A stretch of 53,652 nt of DNA from Gammaproteobacteria bacterium (lineage in GTDB: Bacteria; Pseudomonadota; Gammaproteobacteria; Eutrophobiales; Eutrophobiaceae). The DNA is taken from assembly GCA_003645215.1 (NCBI GenBank), contig QNEM01000002.1:1-53652 (forward strand), written 5' to 3'. The notes under the pieces were generated by a model that was given only the letters and a program-made list of their open reading frames with translations, was not told the origin of the DNA and ran no database searches. The translations under genes were made by a program, and so were the position numbers. Below are positions 8,451 through 17,741 of this stretch, piece after piece (within the stretch, counting starts at the first letter, position 1; each line of letters starts with the position of its first letter).

Positions 8451-10712
8451 CTATAATGCATCCTGCCTGACGTTTCTGTGGCTGATTACCCTGGTTTTCC
8501 GTTTCTTTAGGCGCAGCGCTTCCTTCTGTCTTTCTTCTGCCTCCTGTATCAGTTTTTCCTGACTACCCAAAGCTGTTTCATCAGTTGGTATACGCTTGAT
8601 GTAGCTTCCATCCGATTGCATATCCCAGGCATTACGTTGATCCGCGAGGTGGATATCTAATATGGTGCGTAGTTTTTCCTGTAGTGCCGGGGTATCCACT
8701 ATCACAGCTACTTCAACCCGGTGTTCCAGATTACGTTTCATTAAATCTGCTGAGCCTATGTAATACTCTTCATCACCACCATTGTGGAAATAACAGATAC
8801 GGCTATGTTCAAGGAACCTGCCAACGATACCCATAACACGTATGTTTTCCGAGATGCCCTGTATGCCGGGACGCAGTCGGCAAGTATCACGAATTATGAG
8901 GTCGATATGTACACCAGCCTGTGATGCTTCATATAGCCCACGAATTATATCGGCGTCTTCCAGTGCATTCATTTTAAACTGGATCAGACCATTCTTATTT
9001 TCCGAATGTTGTTCTATTTCTCGCTTGATCTTGCTGAGCAGGGCACGTTTCAGCATCTTGGGTGACGGAATAATCTTTCGATAATTACGTTTTGGCGTGT
9101 AGCCTGTAGTAAGGTAATTGAACAATTCAGTAAGATCCTGACCAATGATCCGATCATCGGTCAACAAACCGATGTCAGTGTACAGTCTCGCAGTACCAGC
9201 GTGATAGTTACCGGTTCCGATGTGCGCATACCGGCGCAGTCCATCATAATCATTGCGTACTACCAGTATTACCTTACTGTGAGTCTTGAGACCCAGCACG
9301 CCATAAGTCACATGAATACCAGCTTCTTCCATTCTGTTTGCCCAACGTATATTGGCCGCCTCATCAAATTTGGCTTTTAATTCAACTACAACTGCCACCT
9401 GTTTGCCGTTACGCGCGGCACTAATAAGATACTCAATGACTTTGGTATCACTGGAAGTACGATAAAGCGTCATTTTAATGGCAAGCACCTTGGGATCACG
9501 GCTCGCTTCTTTCAGAAACCGCTCTACAGAAGTAGAAAATGATTCGTATGGATGCTGGAGTAAAATCGATCCCGAATCACGGATAGTATAAAAAATACTT
9601 GGAGAACCCTTTAACTTGGGATGATCGACTGGATGATGTGGTACGTAGTGAAGCTCTGGATTCTCCAGCGATGCCAATTGAAATAAATCGGCCATTGCTA
9701 TCATGCTACCTGTTTCAAATACATCAGTAGATTCATCCAGGCCCAATTCTGCGGCGAGCATCCCTCGGCGTTCAGGATTCATATCTTTTTCGGTTACAAC
9801 ACGTACGATGCGTGAGAATTTACGGTCTCGTAATTCGGATTCGATCAATTCCAGAAGGTCATCAGCCTGATCTTCATCTTTCTCCGTATTGGCATTGCGA
9901 ATCACATTGAATAATTCACATGCCTGAATTTCCATTTTTGGGAAGAGCAGGTCAAGATTATTGGAAATAACATCTTCCAGAAGAACAAATTTTGTGGAAT
10001 CGTCTATTTTGAGAAATCGGGGGATGCCGCTACCTATCGGCACCTTTACCCGCGCAAGTAATGATTCGTCGTCATCAGGATAGTTGAGCGTAACCAGCAG
10101 GTTTAAGGATCGATTGGAGATAAAAGGAAAAGGATGTGCAGGGTCCATGGCCTGTGGTGTAACCAGCGGAAAAATATTCTCCATGAAAAAATCACGCACT
10201 ATCTTTTTATTATCTTCATCAAGCGTGTCATATGAGAGTACACGAATGTCGTGCTCCTCAAGTTCTTTCAATAATTGTGGTAGTAGCAGATCTGTCTCAG
10301 CTTCAATGTTACGAACAACATCGTAGCATTCATTGATCTGTTCCTGGGGCGTGCGCCCGTCATCAGTTAAATCATGTACTCCTGCACCTACCTGCAATTT
10401 CAGTCCACCAATACGCTTCATGAAAAATTCGTCCAGATTGGATCCGATAATTGCCAGGAATTTTATTCGCTCCAGAAGTGGAGTATTCGGGTCTTGAGCC
10501 TCATGCAAGATGCGCCAGATAAATTCGAGCCAGGTTAATTCACGATTTAGATAATACTCGGTAGATGTCGGGTCATAATCGACTGCCTGCTCGATATCCT
10601 GAGTCTCGCTGGTAAGCGTAGACGAATCGGGGCTTTCATCTGAACTTTCCAATAGATGAAGTGATTCTACATTCTGATTTTGTGACTTCTGTCGCATGTC
10701 TGCCATTATCAA
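8451..10712 (-). CDS. ppk1: Polyphosphate kinase 1, with a ~45-aa acidic Ser/Thr-rich N-terminal extension
   Basis: 753 aa. YYLNRELTWLEFIWRILHEA aligns with the E. coli PPK N-terminus. PLD-like C-terminal domains are present (GLKTHSKVILVV, RFLEHSRI). Confidence 0.95.
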   Translation of the reverse strand: MIMADMRQKSQNQNVESLHLLESSDESPDSSTLTSETQDIEQAVDYDPTSTEYYLNRELTWLEFIWRILHEAQDPNTPLLERIKFLAIIGSNLDEFFMKRIGGLKLQVGAGVHDLTDDGRTPQEQINECYDVVRNIEAETDLLLPQLLKELEEHDIRVLSYDTLDEDNKKIVRDFFMENIFPLVTPQAMDPAHPFPFISNRSLNLLVTLNYPDDDESLLARVKVPIGSGIPRFLKIDDSTKFVLLEDVISNNLDLLFPKMEIQACELFNVIRNANTEKDEDQADDLLELIESELRDRKFSRIVRVVTEKDMNPERRGMLAAELGLDESTDVFETGSMIAMADLFQLASLENPELHYVPHHPVDHPKLKGSPSIFYTIRDSGSILLQHPYESFSTSVERFLKEASRDPKVLAIKMTLYRTSSDTKVIEYLISAARNGKQVAVVVELKAKFDEAANIRWANRMEEAGIHVTYGVLGLKTHSKVILVVRNDYDGLRRYAHIGTGNYHAGTARLYTDIGLLTDDRIIGQDLTELFNYLTTGYTPKRNYRKIIPSPKMLKRALLSKIKREIEQHSENKNGLIQFKMNALEDADIIRGLYEASQAGVHIDLIIRDTCRLRPGIQGISENIRVMGIVGRFLEHSRICYFHNGGDEEYYIGSADLMKRNLEHRVEVAVIVDTPALQEKLRTILDIHLADQRNAWDMQSDGSYIKRIPTDETALGSQEKLIQEAEERQKEALRLKKRKTRVISHRNVRQDAL

Positions 10713-10991
10713 ACTTTCTCTCTATATATATCATTGACTTAGATCAATAATTTTTTGAAATAGCACCAAAAAGGTGGATCCTGTATTTACTAGCAAAAAA
10801 ACAGAAATATCATTCGGCTGGAATGGTGCTACACAAAAACTTTACCGTTTATATATCGCTAGTATAGGGGGTTCCCCCGATAATTTCCTTATTCTACAGC
10901 AGATTAAGTCATTTATCGGTGAAATTTCATCATGTTCTATAATATTTCGATACTCAAACCTGACGTAAGAACATAAATTGAAGATCAAAAA

Positions 10992-12779
10992 TCAGGCAGC
11001 TTCTTTAATTTGAATGTTGATGTCTTCTTCCTCTTTGAAGAAGACTTCTTCAAGTTGTCTATATTCAGAACCAATGATTACAAGATATTTGGCTGCCTTG
11101 AGCAGCAAGCGGTAGATTTCCAGAACCGAGGAACTGCAGGTAATCAGGGATACACCTTGTTCAGGTGTTATTTTCTTTTCCCTGATCAAGCGGTCAATAT
11201 CCAGCAGCAGGGTATTATCGTCGGATTCTGCCGAGCTCTTGATTCCACCCAGAAGGGTATCGCATTCATGGAAAAATATTTCCTCATCATCCTTCAGGAA
11301 TGTTCTGAGTAATCTGATCACCGCACATTTTAATTTCAAATATTCATTATTAAGAACGGTATTCTTGTCACTCTTGTGCCTGGCGATCTCTGATGTCAGT
11401 GTCTTGACATGAAGTAGTATTTCCATTGCATCGCGATGAATCTTCTTTAGCCGGGTTACGCGTTCATTGTCTTCACGTGCAAGCTGGAACTTTTCCTGAA
11501 TTGAAGAAGCAAAATTCAAGACCTCGCTGTAGATTGGTTGAATACGCATTTTAATAAACTCCTCCTGTTTAATGCCTGGATGCGCCTTCGCCTTTACAAT
11601 CTCTTCAATAGGTTTGTCTGATTTAATATCCTTACGATGAACACCAAGACTATGTGCAATTGCTTCAATGATAGCCTCCTGGTAAAGACGGCGGGTTTCT
11701 TCCAGCAGGGCCTTAATTGCAGTTTCCGGATATTTCAGGGCCTGTTTATTCAGGTATTTTGGTTTTGAAAACACGGGCTCCGGCTTAACTTTCTCGGGGA
11801 GAATAAAGATAACCAGATTTGCTATGATCGTGACGCACCAGATCAGAAGCAGGGTATTCAGCACGTTAAAGGTACTGTGAAACAGTGCCAGACCAATGGG
11901 AATATCCGTAGCAACAACAAGAGGGTTCGCACCCATTAATTCAAAAGCCAGTTTGTCTATTATGGCCAGATACGGGACAAACAATATCAATATCCAGGTC
12001 ACACCAATCACATTAAATATAAGGTGAGCGAGGGCGGCACGTCTTGCCTCGGTGCTGGAGATCGCCGCCGCCAGGTTTGCGGTAATGGTTGTACCGATAT
12101 TTTCACCAAGGACAATGGCCGCTGCTGCTTCAAAGGTGAGAACACCCTGGCTCGCTGCAACCAGCGTAATCGCCATGGTGGCACTGGAAGATTGCAAGAT
12201 TAGCGTCAATATGGTGCCTATGAGCACAAACAACATAATACCAAGAGCACCCCGTTCAGTGTTGCGTTGGAAGAACTCAAACAATTCAGGATTGTTGTCC
12301 AGACCCGTTATGGCATCCTTCATGAATTCGAGGCCAATAAACAGCAGGGCAAAACCGATAATGAAATTACCGAGGGCATTCAATTGACGATCTTTTTTCA
12401 GGTAAAAGATCAAGCCGACGATGATCATGGGGACGACTATGGAACTCATCTTTACCTTGAAACCGAGAACCGCAATCAGCCAGGCAGTAAAGGTGGTGCC
12501 GATATTAGCGCCCATAATCACGCTGATTGCTTCGGTCAGGCTTAACAACTGGGCGTTTACAAAGCTGACCACCATAAGTGTGGTCGCGGAGGAGGATTGA
12601 ATCAGGCCGGTAACAAATAAACCCGTGAGTACGCCTTTGAACCGATTCGATGTTAACTGAATCATGACTTTGCGCATCTTATCCCCGGCCAAATCCATCA
12701 GCGCGTCACTCATGACCTTCATGCCATAAAGAAACAGCGCCAGGGAACCAAGTAAATTAAGAAACTCAAAAAATCCCAT
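10992..12779 (-). CDS. Na+/phosphate cotransporter family protein (NptA/YjbB-like) with a C-terminal PhoU-like domain
   Basis: Duplicated Na_Pi_cotrans repeats carry QSSSAT signatures (LIQSSSATTL, ILQSSSATMA), followed by a ~230-aa soluble helical tail. Confidence 0.9.
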   Translation of the reverse strand: MGFFEFLNLLGSLALFLYGMKVMSDALMDLAGDKMRKVMIQLTSNRFKGVLTGLFVTGLIQSSSATTLMVVSFVNAQLLSLTEAISVIMGANIGTTFTAWLIAVLGFKVKMSSIVVPMIIVGLIFYLKKDRQLNALGNFIIGFALLFIGLEFMKDAITGLDNNPELFEFFQRNTERGALGIMLFVLIGTILTLILQSSSATMAITLVAASQGVLTFEAAAAIVLGENIGTTITANLAAAISSTEARRAALAHLIFNVIGVTWILILFVPYLAIIDKLAFELMGANPLVVATDIPIGLALFHSTFNVLNTLLLIWCVTIIANLVIFILPEKVKPEPVFSKPKYLNKQALKYPETAIKALLEETRRLYQEAIIEAIAHSLGVHRKDIKSDKPIEEIVKAKAHPGIKQEEFIKMRIQPIYSEVLNFASSIQEKFQLAREDNERVTRLKKIHRDAMEILLHVKTLTSEIARHKSDKNTVLNNEYLKLKCAVIRLLRTFLKDDEEIFFHECDTLLGGIKSSAESDDNTLLLDIDRLIREKKITPEQGVSLITCSSSVLEIYRLLLKAAKYLVIIGSEYRQLEEVFFKEEEDINIQIKEAA

Positions 12780-12904
12780 AGACGATTAACCCCTACTTGT
12801 ATGTAAAGGTATAACTCAGATCGCTAAAATAATTATTGATTCAGATCAAATCATTCGGTTTCAGTGGGGAAATTGATTCGATGATCCGTCGGCACAGCTC
12901 GATA

Positions 12905-12953
12905 GTAGTTAGTAGGTGGTAGGTAGGTTTTCCCTACATGCCACCTACTACCT
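12905..12953. repeat. Heptamer-word hairpin (TAGTAGG/GTAGGTR words) immediately downstream of glcB
   Basis: TAGTAGGTGG (12910-12919) pairs perfectly with CCACCTACTA (12941-12950). An inner GTAGG/CCTAC pair is also present. The left arm reads as tandem heptamers tagtagt-tagtagg-tggtagg-tagg. Confidence 0.65.
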
Positions 12954-12961
12954 GCAACATA

Positions 12962-15142
12962 CTAAATATTCTTCTGTTCCCGTCTGCGCTTATAGAGCAC
13001 GAACTCCGTATAACCATTGGCTTGCTCAAGTCCTTCAAAGACCAGGTCCAGGGCAGCTTGAAACGGGATACTGTTTTCGAAATCTACTGACATCTGTTTG
13101 TATTCTTTGTCGTCTCTGTTCTGTCGATCAACAATGACGGCCATACGTTCCATTGCTGAACGCACATCCTCTCTTGTGACGATTTTATGGTGAAGCCAGT
13201 TAGCAATATGCTGGCTGGAAATACGTAAGGTCGCGCAATCTTCCATCAAGGCAACGTCATTGATATCGGGCACCTTGGAACAGCCTACACCTTGACCAAC
13301 CCAACGCGATACATAGCCCAGAATTCCCTGTGCATTATTTTCCAGTTCGTGTCGAATCTCTATTGCCGTTAATTGCCTATCCTTGTTCATCACCGGGATA
13401 TCGAGGATTTCATCAACAGGAACCTGTTTGGCTTTCATTAAGGCATGTTGACGGCTATGTACATTTAACTTGTGATAATGAATAGCGTGTAGTGTTGCCG
13501 CAACAGGAGACGGAACCCACGATGTATTGGCACCCGCCTTCAGGTGTTGGATCTTGGTTCTCATCATATTGCCCATTTCTTCTGGCATGGCCCACATACC
13601 TTTGCCAATCTGGGCTTTGCCTTCAAGTCCGCAGCTTAATCCTACCTGGACATTGGATTCCTCATAGGCCGTTAGCCATTTGGCCTGTTTTATTTCTGCC
13701 TTGGGGATTATTGGCCCTGCTTCCATATTGGTGTGGATGTCATCGCCGGTACGATCCAGAAAACCTGTATTAATGAAAACAAGCCGATCTTTGGCAGCAT
13801 TGATGCAGGCTTTCAAATTCACCGACGTACGTCGTTCTTCATCCATGATGCCTAGCTTCAAGCTGTTTCGTTCAAAACCCAGGGCGTCTTCAACGCGTTC
13901 AAATAAGTCATTGGCCAGTGCAACTTCCTCCGGGCCGTGCATCTTGGGCTTAACGATATAAACGGATCCCGTTCTGCTGTTACGTAATTTCGAGTTACCC
14001 AACAAATCATGTTTTGCAGATAAAGCCGTGACCATGGCATCGAGCATAGTTTCCGGAATCTCTTCTCCCTTATAAAGCACTGCATCTGTATTCAGATGCA
14101 TACCAACATTACGTACCAATGCCAGACTTCTTCCATGTAAGGTGACTTCCTTGCCATCAGTGCCGATATATTTTCTATCCGGTTCCATAGTACGTTCAAT
14201 GGTTTCATCATCTTTAACAATGGTGCGTACCAGTGTGCCTTTCATCAAACCCAGCCAGTTTTTGTAGACCTGAACTTTATCTTCGGTATCGACAGAGGCC
14301 ACCGAATCTTCGCAGTCCATGATTGTAGTAACAGCCGATTCCAGAGAAATATCATAAATTTTAGCGTGATCACGGCGGCCGATAAAATAGCCATCACCAA
14401 ATTTAATTTCTAAATGCAAATTGTGGTGGCACAGTAAAACTGCATCAGGATTATCCGGTTCTCCGGTGTAACCAATAAATTGTTGCGGTTTAAGTAATGT
14501 TGTTTCACTACCATCACCAAATTTCACGGTGAGTTGATTGTTATTGATAAAATATTTCGTCACATGTTTGTGCGTATCTCTTTCCAGGGCAAAGTGTCTG
14601 TCTAAAAGATGCCGCGCACGTACGATGACTCGTTCACCACGAATCGGATTATATTTATTAATATTTCTACAGCCGTTTGCTTCTGAAATAGTATCTGTTG
14701 AGTAGAAAGCATCATAGATACTACCCCAACGTGCATTAACGGCATTTAGTACATAGCGTGCATTATCGAGTGGGACAACCAGTTGTGGACCTGCAACTTT
14801 TGCAATTTCCAGATCAACATTGCTGGTACTAATACTGAAACTTTCACCTTCCGGGACAAGATAGCCAATTTCCTGTAAGAACTTTTTATAGGCTTCCGGA
14901 TCATGTTTTTCATTCCGATTGGTTATATGCCATTCATCGATTTGTTTCTGTAGTTGATCGCGTTTGGCTAATAGTTCGGTGTTTCTTGGCTGCAGTTCGC
15001 TAACGATTTTTTCAAGCGAAGACCAGAAGTCATTAACTTCGACACCGGTTTCAGGAATAACTTCAGTTGCTATTAAATTGTACAGGTCTTCAGCGATATC
15101 AAGATCGCCTGCTTTCTTATAATTCATATCTCTACTCTTCAT
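12962..15142 (-). CDS. glcB: Malate synthase G
   Basis: 726 aa with MDCEDSVASVD, GIMDEERRTSVNL and NTGFLDRTGDDIHT motifs characteristic of the G isoform. Confidence 0.95.
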   Translation of the reverse strand: MKSRDMNYKKAGDLDIAEDLYNLIATEVIPETGVEVNDFWSSLEKIVSELQPRNTELLAKRDQLQKQIDEWHITNRNEKHDPEAYKKFLQEIGYLVPEGESFSISTSNVDLEIAKVAGPQLVVPLDNARYVLNAVNARWGSIYDAFYSTDTISEANGCRNINKYNPIRGERVIVRARHLLDRHFALERDTHKHVTKYFINNNQLTVKFGDGSETTLLKPQQFIGYTGEPDNPDAVLLCHHNLHLEIKFGDGYFIGRRDHAKIYDISLESAVTTIMDCEDSVASVDTEDKVQVYKNWLGLMKGTLVRTIVKDDETIERTMEPDRKYIGTDGKEVTLHGRSLALVRNVGMHLNTDAVLYKGEEIPETMLDAMVTALSAKHDLLGNSKLRNSRTGSVYIVKPKMHGPEEVALANDLFERVEDALGFERNSLKLGIMDEERRTSVNLKACINAAKDRLVFINTGFLDRTGDDIHTNMEAGPIIPKAEIKQAKWLTAYEESNVQVGLSCGLEGKAQIGKGMWAMPEEMGNMMRTKIQHLKAGANTSWVPSPVAATLHAIHYHKLNVHSRQHALMKAKQVPVDEILDIPVMNKDRQLTAIEIRHELENNAQGILGYVSRWVGQGVGCSKVPDINDVALMEDCATLRISSQHIANWLHHKIVTREDVRSAMERMAVIVDRQNRDDKEYKQMSVDFENSIPFQAALDLVFEGLEQANGYTEFVLYKRRREQKNI

Positions 15143-15343
15143 AACTCATGTCAATTATCAGGAATTTACACGATTGTGCAGCGCAGCAGAGTAAAACAAA
15201 AACGATTAAATTTCAATCGCAAATAAGCCAGATAATGTCTGATTATTGATAAGTTTCAGGAATAATTTCGGGGGAGGAGACTACAAATGATGAAGTTAAA
15301 ACTAAAACGCGTCCATGCGTAATGTAGCCTTTTTTTATACTCT

Positions 15344-15676
15344 TTAGTCAGCCATCGCCTTGCCAGCTTTGAGCGTTACCGCACGAACAGATTTGGAAGC
15401 TTTTTTTGCTTTAATCATAATTTCTTCGCCGGTGAAAGGGTTACGACCTGGTCTTGCTTTGGTTGCTGGTTTCTTGACGGTTTTCATTTTCACGCCCAGT
15501 TCAGGAACCAGAAACACACCACAACTACGAGGTTTTAGATGACGTGCTGCCTGTACACCCAATGATGCGAGCACAGCTTTTACATCAGCTTTCGAAACAT
15601 CTGTAGCTTCTGAGATTTCGGTAACAATTTGAGCCTTGGTTTGCTTCTCTTTAAAAGCGGTAGTTTTAATAGACAT
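15344..15676 (-). CDS. HU-family histone-like DNA-binding protein
   Basis: 110 aa with the HU arm motif GRNPFTGEEI and the dimerisation helices typical of the IHF/HU fold. Confidence 0.8.
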   Translation of the reverse strand: MSIKTTAFKEKQTKAQIVTEISEATDVSKADVKAVLASLGVQAARHLKPRSCGVFLVPELGVKMKTVKKPATKARPGRNPFTGEEIMIKAKKASKSVRAVTLKAGKAMAD

Positions 15677-15862
15677 GTTTTCTCCTGTCTTTATTGTTTT
15701 ACGAGTTGATTAAAAAATAAATAAATAAATCGTTACTATAACTATTTTAATTAATGATTGTTATTATTCTACCGTAGCAGCTCCTGCAAGTTCCAGTGTC
15801 ATCTCAATCATGTGAATATTTCTCCTTGGTAATGTTCTATGTTGTAAATGCCTTTCTCGGTC

Positions 15863-15891
15863 AAAAAAAAAGCCCGCTAATTATAGCGGGC
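15863..15891 (-). terminator. Rho-independent terminator of pckG
   Basis: GCCCGC (15872-77) pairs with GCGGGC (15886-91) around an 8-nt loop. On the minus strand the hairpin is followed by a 9-nt T run (A run 15863-15871 on plus). It lies 39 nt after the pckG stop. Confidence 0.8.
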
Positions 15892-15929
15892 TTTTCAGGT
15901 TTGTTAACCTGTATCTAACAAGAAACGAT

Positions 15930-17741
15930 TTAGGCAACAGCCTGTTTCGAAGCTTCGAGACGATCACGTAGTGCATTAACCTGAGAGGTCAGCTCTGCCG
16001 GCAGGTGATCACCGAATGTTGCGTAGTATTCTTCGATACCAGGCAATTCAGACAACCAGCCATCAACATCAACACGCATCAGATTAGCGATATCTTCATC
16101 AGCCATATCCAGACCGTCAAAGTCGATAGCATCCAGTGTCGGCATGTAACCAATAGCTGTTTCAACAGCTTCAGCAGTACCATTGCAACGTTCGAATACC
16201 CATTTCAGTACGCGGCTATTTTCGCCAAAACCAGGCCACATGAATTTGCCAGCTTCGTTCTTACGGAACCAGTTTACATAGTAGACTTTAGGCATCTTGG
16301 CGCCTTCTTTCTTACCCAGGTTCAACCAATGACCCCAGTAATCAGCCATGTTGTAACCGCAGAATGGCAGCATAGCCATTGGATCACGACGTAATTCACC
16401 AAGTTTACCGAAGGCCGCAGCAGTCATTTCAGAAGCAATAATAGTTCCGAGGAAAGTACCGTGGTTCCAGTCCAGAGCTTCAGTAGCCAGAGGCACCACA
16501 GAGGCGCGACGACCACCAAACAGGATCGCACTGATTGGAACACCCTTAGGATCTTCCCATTCATCAGCGATTACAGGACATTGGCCTGCACGTGCAGTGA
16601 ATCGAGCATTTGGATGTGAAGAAGGTCCATCTGACTCAGGAGTCCAGTCATTACCTTTCCAGTCGATCAGGTGATCTGGAGCCGGATCAGTCATCTCTTC
16701 CCACCAGACATCACCGTCATCGGTTTCAGCCACATTGGTGAAAACAGCATTCGCTTCCATTGACAACATAGCGTTGGCGTTGGAGTGCATACTGGTACCA
16801 GGAGCAACTCCAAAGAAACCGGCTTCTGGATTGATGGCATATAGTTGACCATCTTCGCCAAATTTCATCCATGCAATGTCGTCACCGATTGTTTCAACTT
16901 TCCAGCCAGGAATGGTTGGTGTCAGCATAGCCAGGTTGGTTTTACCACAGGCACTTGGGAAAGCACCGGCAACAAATTTAACTTCACCTTCTGGATTGGT
17001 AAGCTTGAGGATAAGCATATGTTCAGCCATCCAGCCTTCATCACGTGCCATGGTAGAAGCAATTCGCAGTGCGAAACATTTCTTACCCAGCAGCGCATTA
17101 CCACCGTAACCAGAACCAAAAGACCAGATTTCACGGGTCTCTGGATAATGAACGATATAACGATTATCAGGGTTACAAGGCCAGGGCTCGCTTGTTTCAC
17201 CTTCAGCCAGAGGTACACCAACAGAATGCAGGCAAGGAACGAATTCACCATCTTCACCCAGAACGTCTAATACGTTCTGACCAACACGAGCCATGATGTG
17301 CATATTGGCAACAACATAAGGAGAATCAGACAGTTCAACACCAATCTGGGCAATGTCTGATCCGACAGGACCCATGCTAAAAGGCACAACGTACATGGTG
17401 CGGCCTTTCATACAACCGGTGAACATGCCATTCATTTTTTTGCGCATTTCTGCTGGTTCGAACCAGTTGTTGGTAGGCCCTGCATCTTCTTCTTTTGCTG
17501 AACAGATATATGTGCGATCTTCAACACGTGCAACATCAGCAGGAATTGAATTAACGTGGAAGCTGTTAGGACGTTTGTCTTCATTGATCTTTCTGGCAGT
17601 ACCGCCTTTGACCATAATATCCCACATGGCATCCCATTCTGCATCTGTACCATCACACCATTCGATGTTATCTGGTTGACACAGTGTGGCCATTTTCTCA
17701 ACCCAAGCGAGTAACTTCTTATTCTTGGAACTAGAACTCAT
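15930..17741 (-). CDS. pckG: Phosphoenolpyruvate carboxykinase (GTP)
   Basis: 603 aa with the GTP-PEPCK kinase-1a loop FPSACGKTN, plus WMAEHM and LFGGRR motifs. Confidence 0.95.
   Translation of the reverse strand: MSSSSKNKKLLAWVEKMATLCQPDNIEWCDGTDAEWDAMWDIMVKGGTARKINEDKRPNSFHVNSIPADVARVEDRTYICSAKEEDAGPTNNWFEPAEMRKKMNGMFTGCMKGRTMYVVPFSMGPVGSDIAQIGVELSDSPYVVANMHIMARVGQNVLDVLGEDGEFVPCLHSVGVPLAEGETSEPWPCNPDNRYIVHYPETREIWSFGSGYGGNALLGKKCFALRIASTMARDEGWMAEHMLILKLTNPEGEVKFVAGAFPSACGKTNLAMLTPTIPGWKVETIGDDIAWMKFGEDGQLYAINPEAGFFGVAPGTSMHSNANAMLSMEANAVFTNVAETDDGDVWWEEMTDPAPDHLIDWKGNDWTPESDGPSSHPNARFTARAGQCPVIADEWEDPKGVPISAILFGGRRASVVPLATEALDWNHGTFLGTIIASEMTAAAFGKLGELRRDPMAMLPFCGYNMADYWGHWLNLGKKEGAKMPKVYYVNWFRKNEAGKFMWPGFGENSRVLKWVFERCNGTAEAVETAIGYMPTLDAIDFDGLDMADEDIANLMRVDVDGWLSELPGIEEYYATFGDHLPAELTSQVNALRDRLEASKQAVA

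Noticed and set aside
10774-10968. 64-aa plus-strand ORF in the ppk1 / NaPi intergenic region
   Set aside because: It has no SD and no recognisable motif. It lies in the promoter region of ppk1 and is probably spurious.
930-12779. Calling the polyP block an active mobile genomic island
   Set aside because: No integrase, recombinase, transposase, tRNA target or conjugation gene lies in or next to it. Only the flanking 35-nt repeat supports past mobility, so I report it as a scar hypothesis and not as a mobile_element feature.
15287-15322. 11-codon plus-strand micro-ORF (MMKLKLKRVHA*) behind a strong GGGGAGGAG SD, between glcB and the HU gene
   Set aside because: It is very short and lies on the strand opposite both neighbours. 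It overlaps what may be the weak HU terminator hairpin, and I cannot assess conservation. I kept it only as a note.
17446-17465. GGTTCGAACC string resembling a tRNA T-arm
   Set aside because: It lies inside the well-supported pckG coding frame and has no surrounding cloverleaf. No tRNA genes are evident anywhere in the window.
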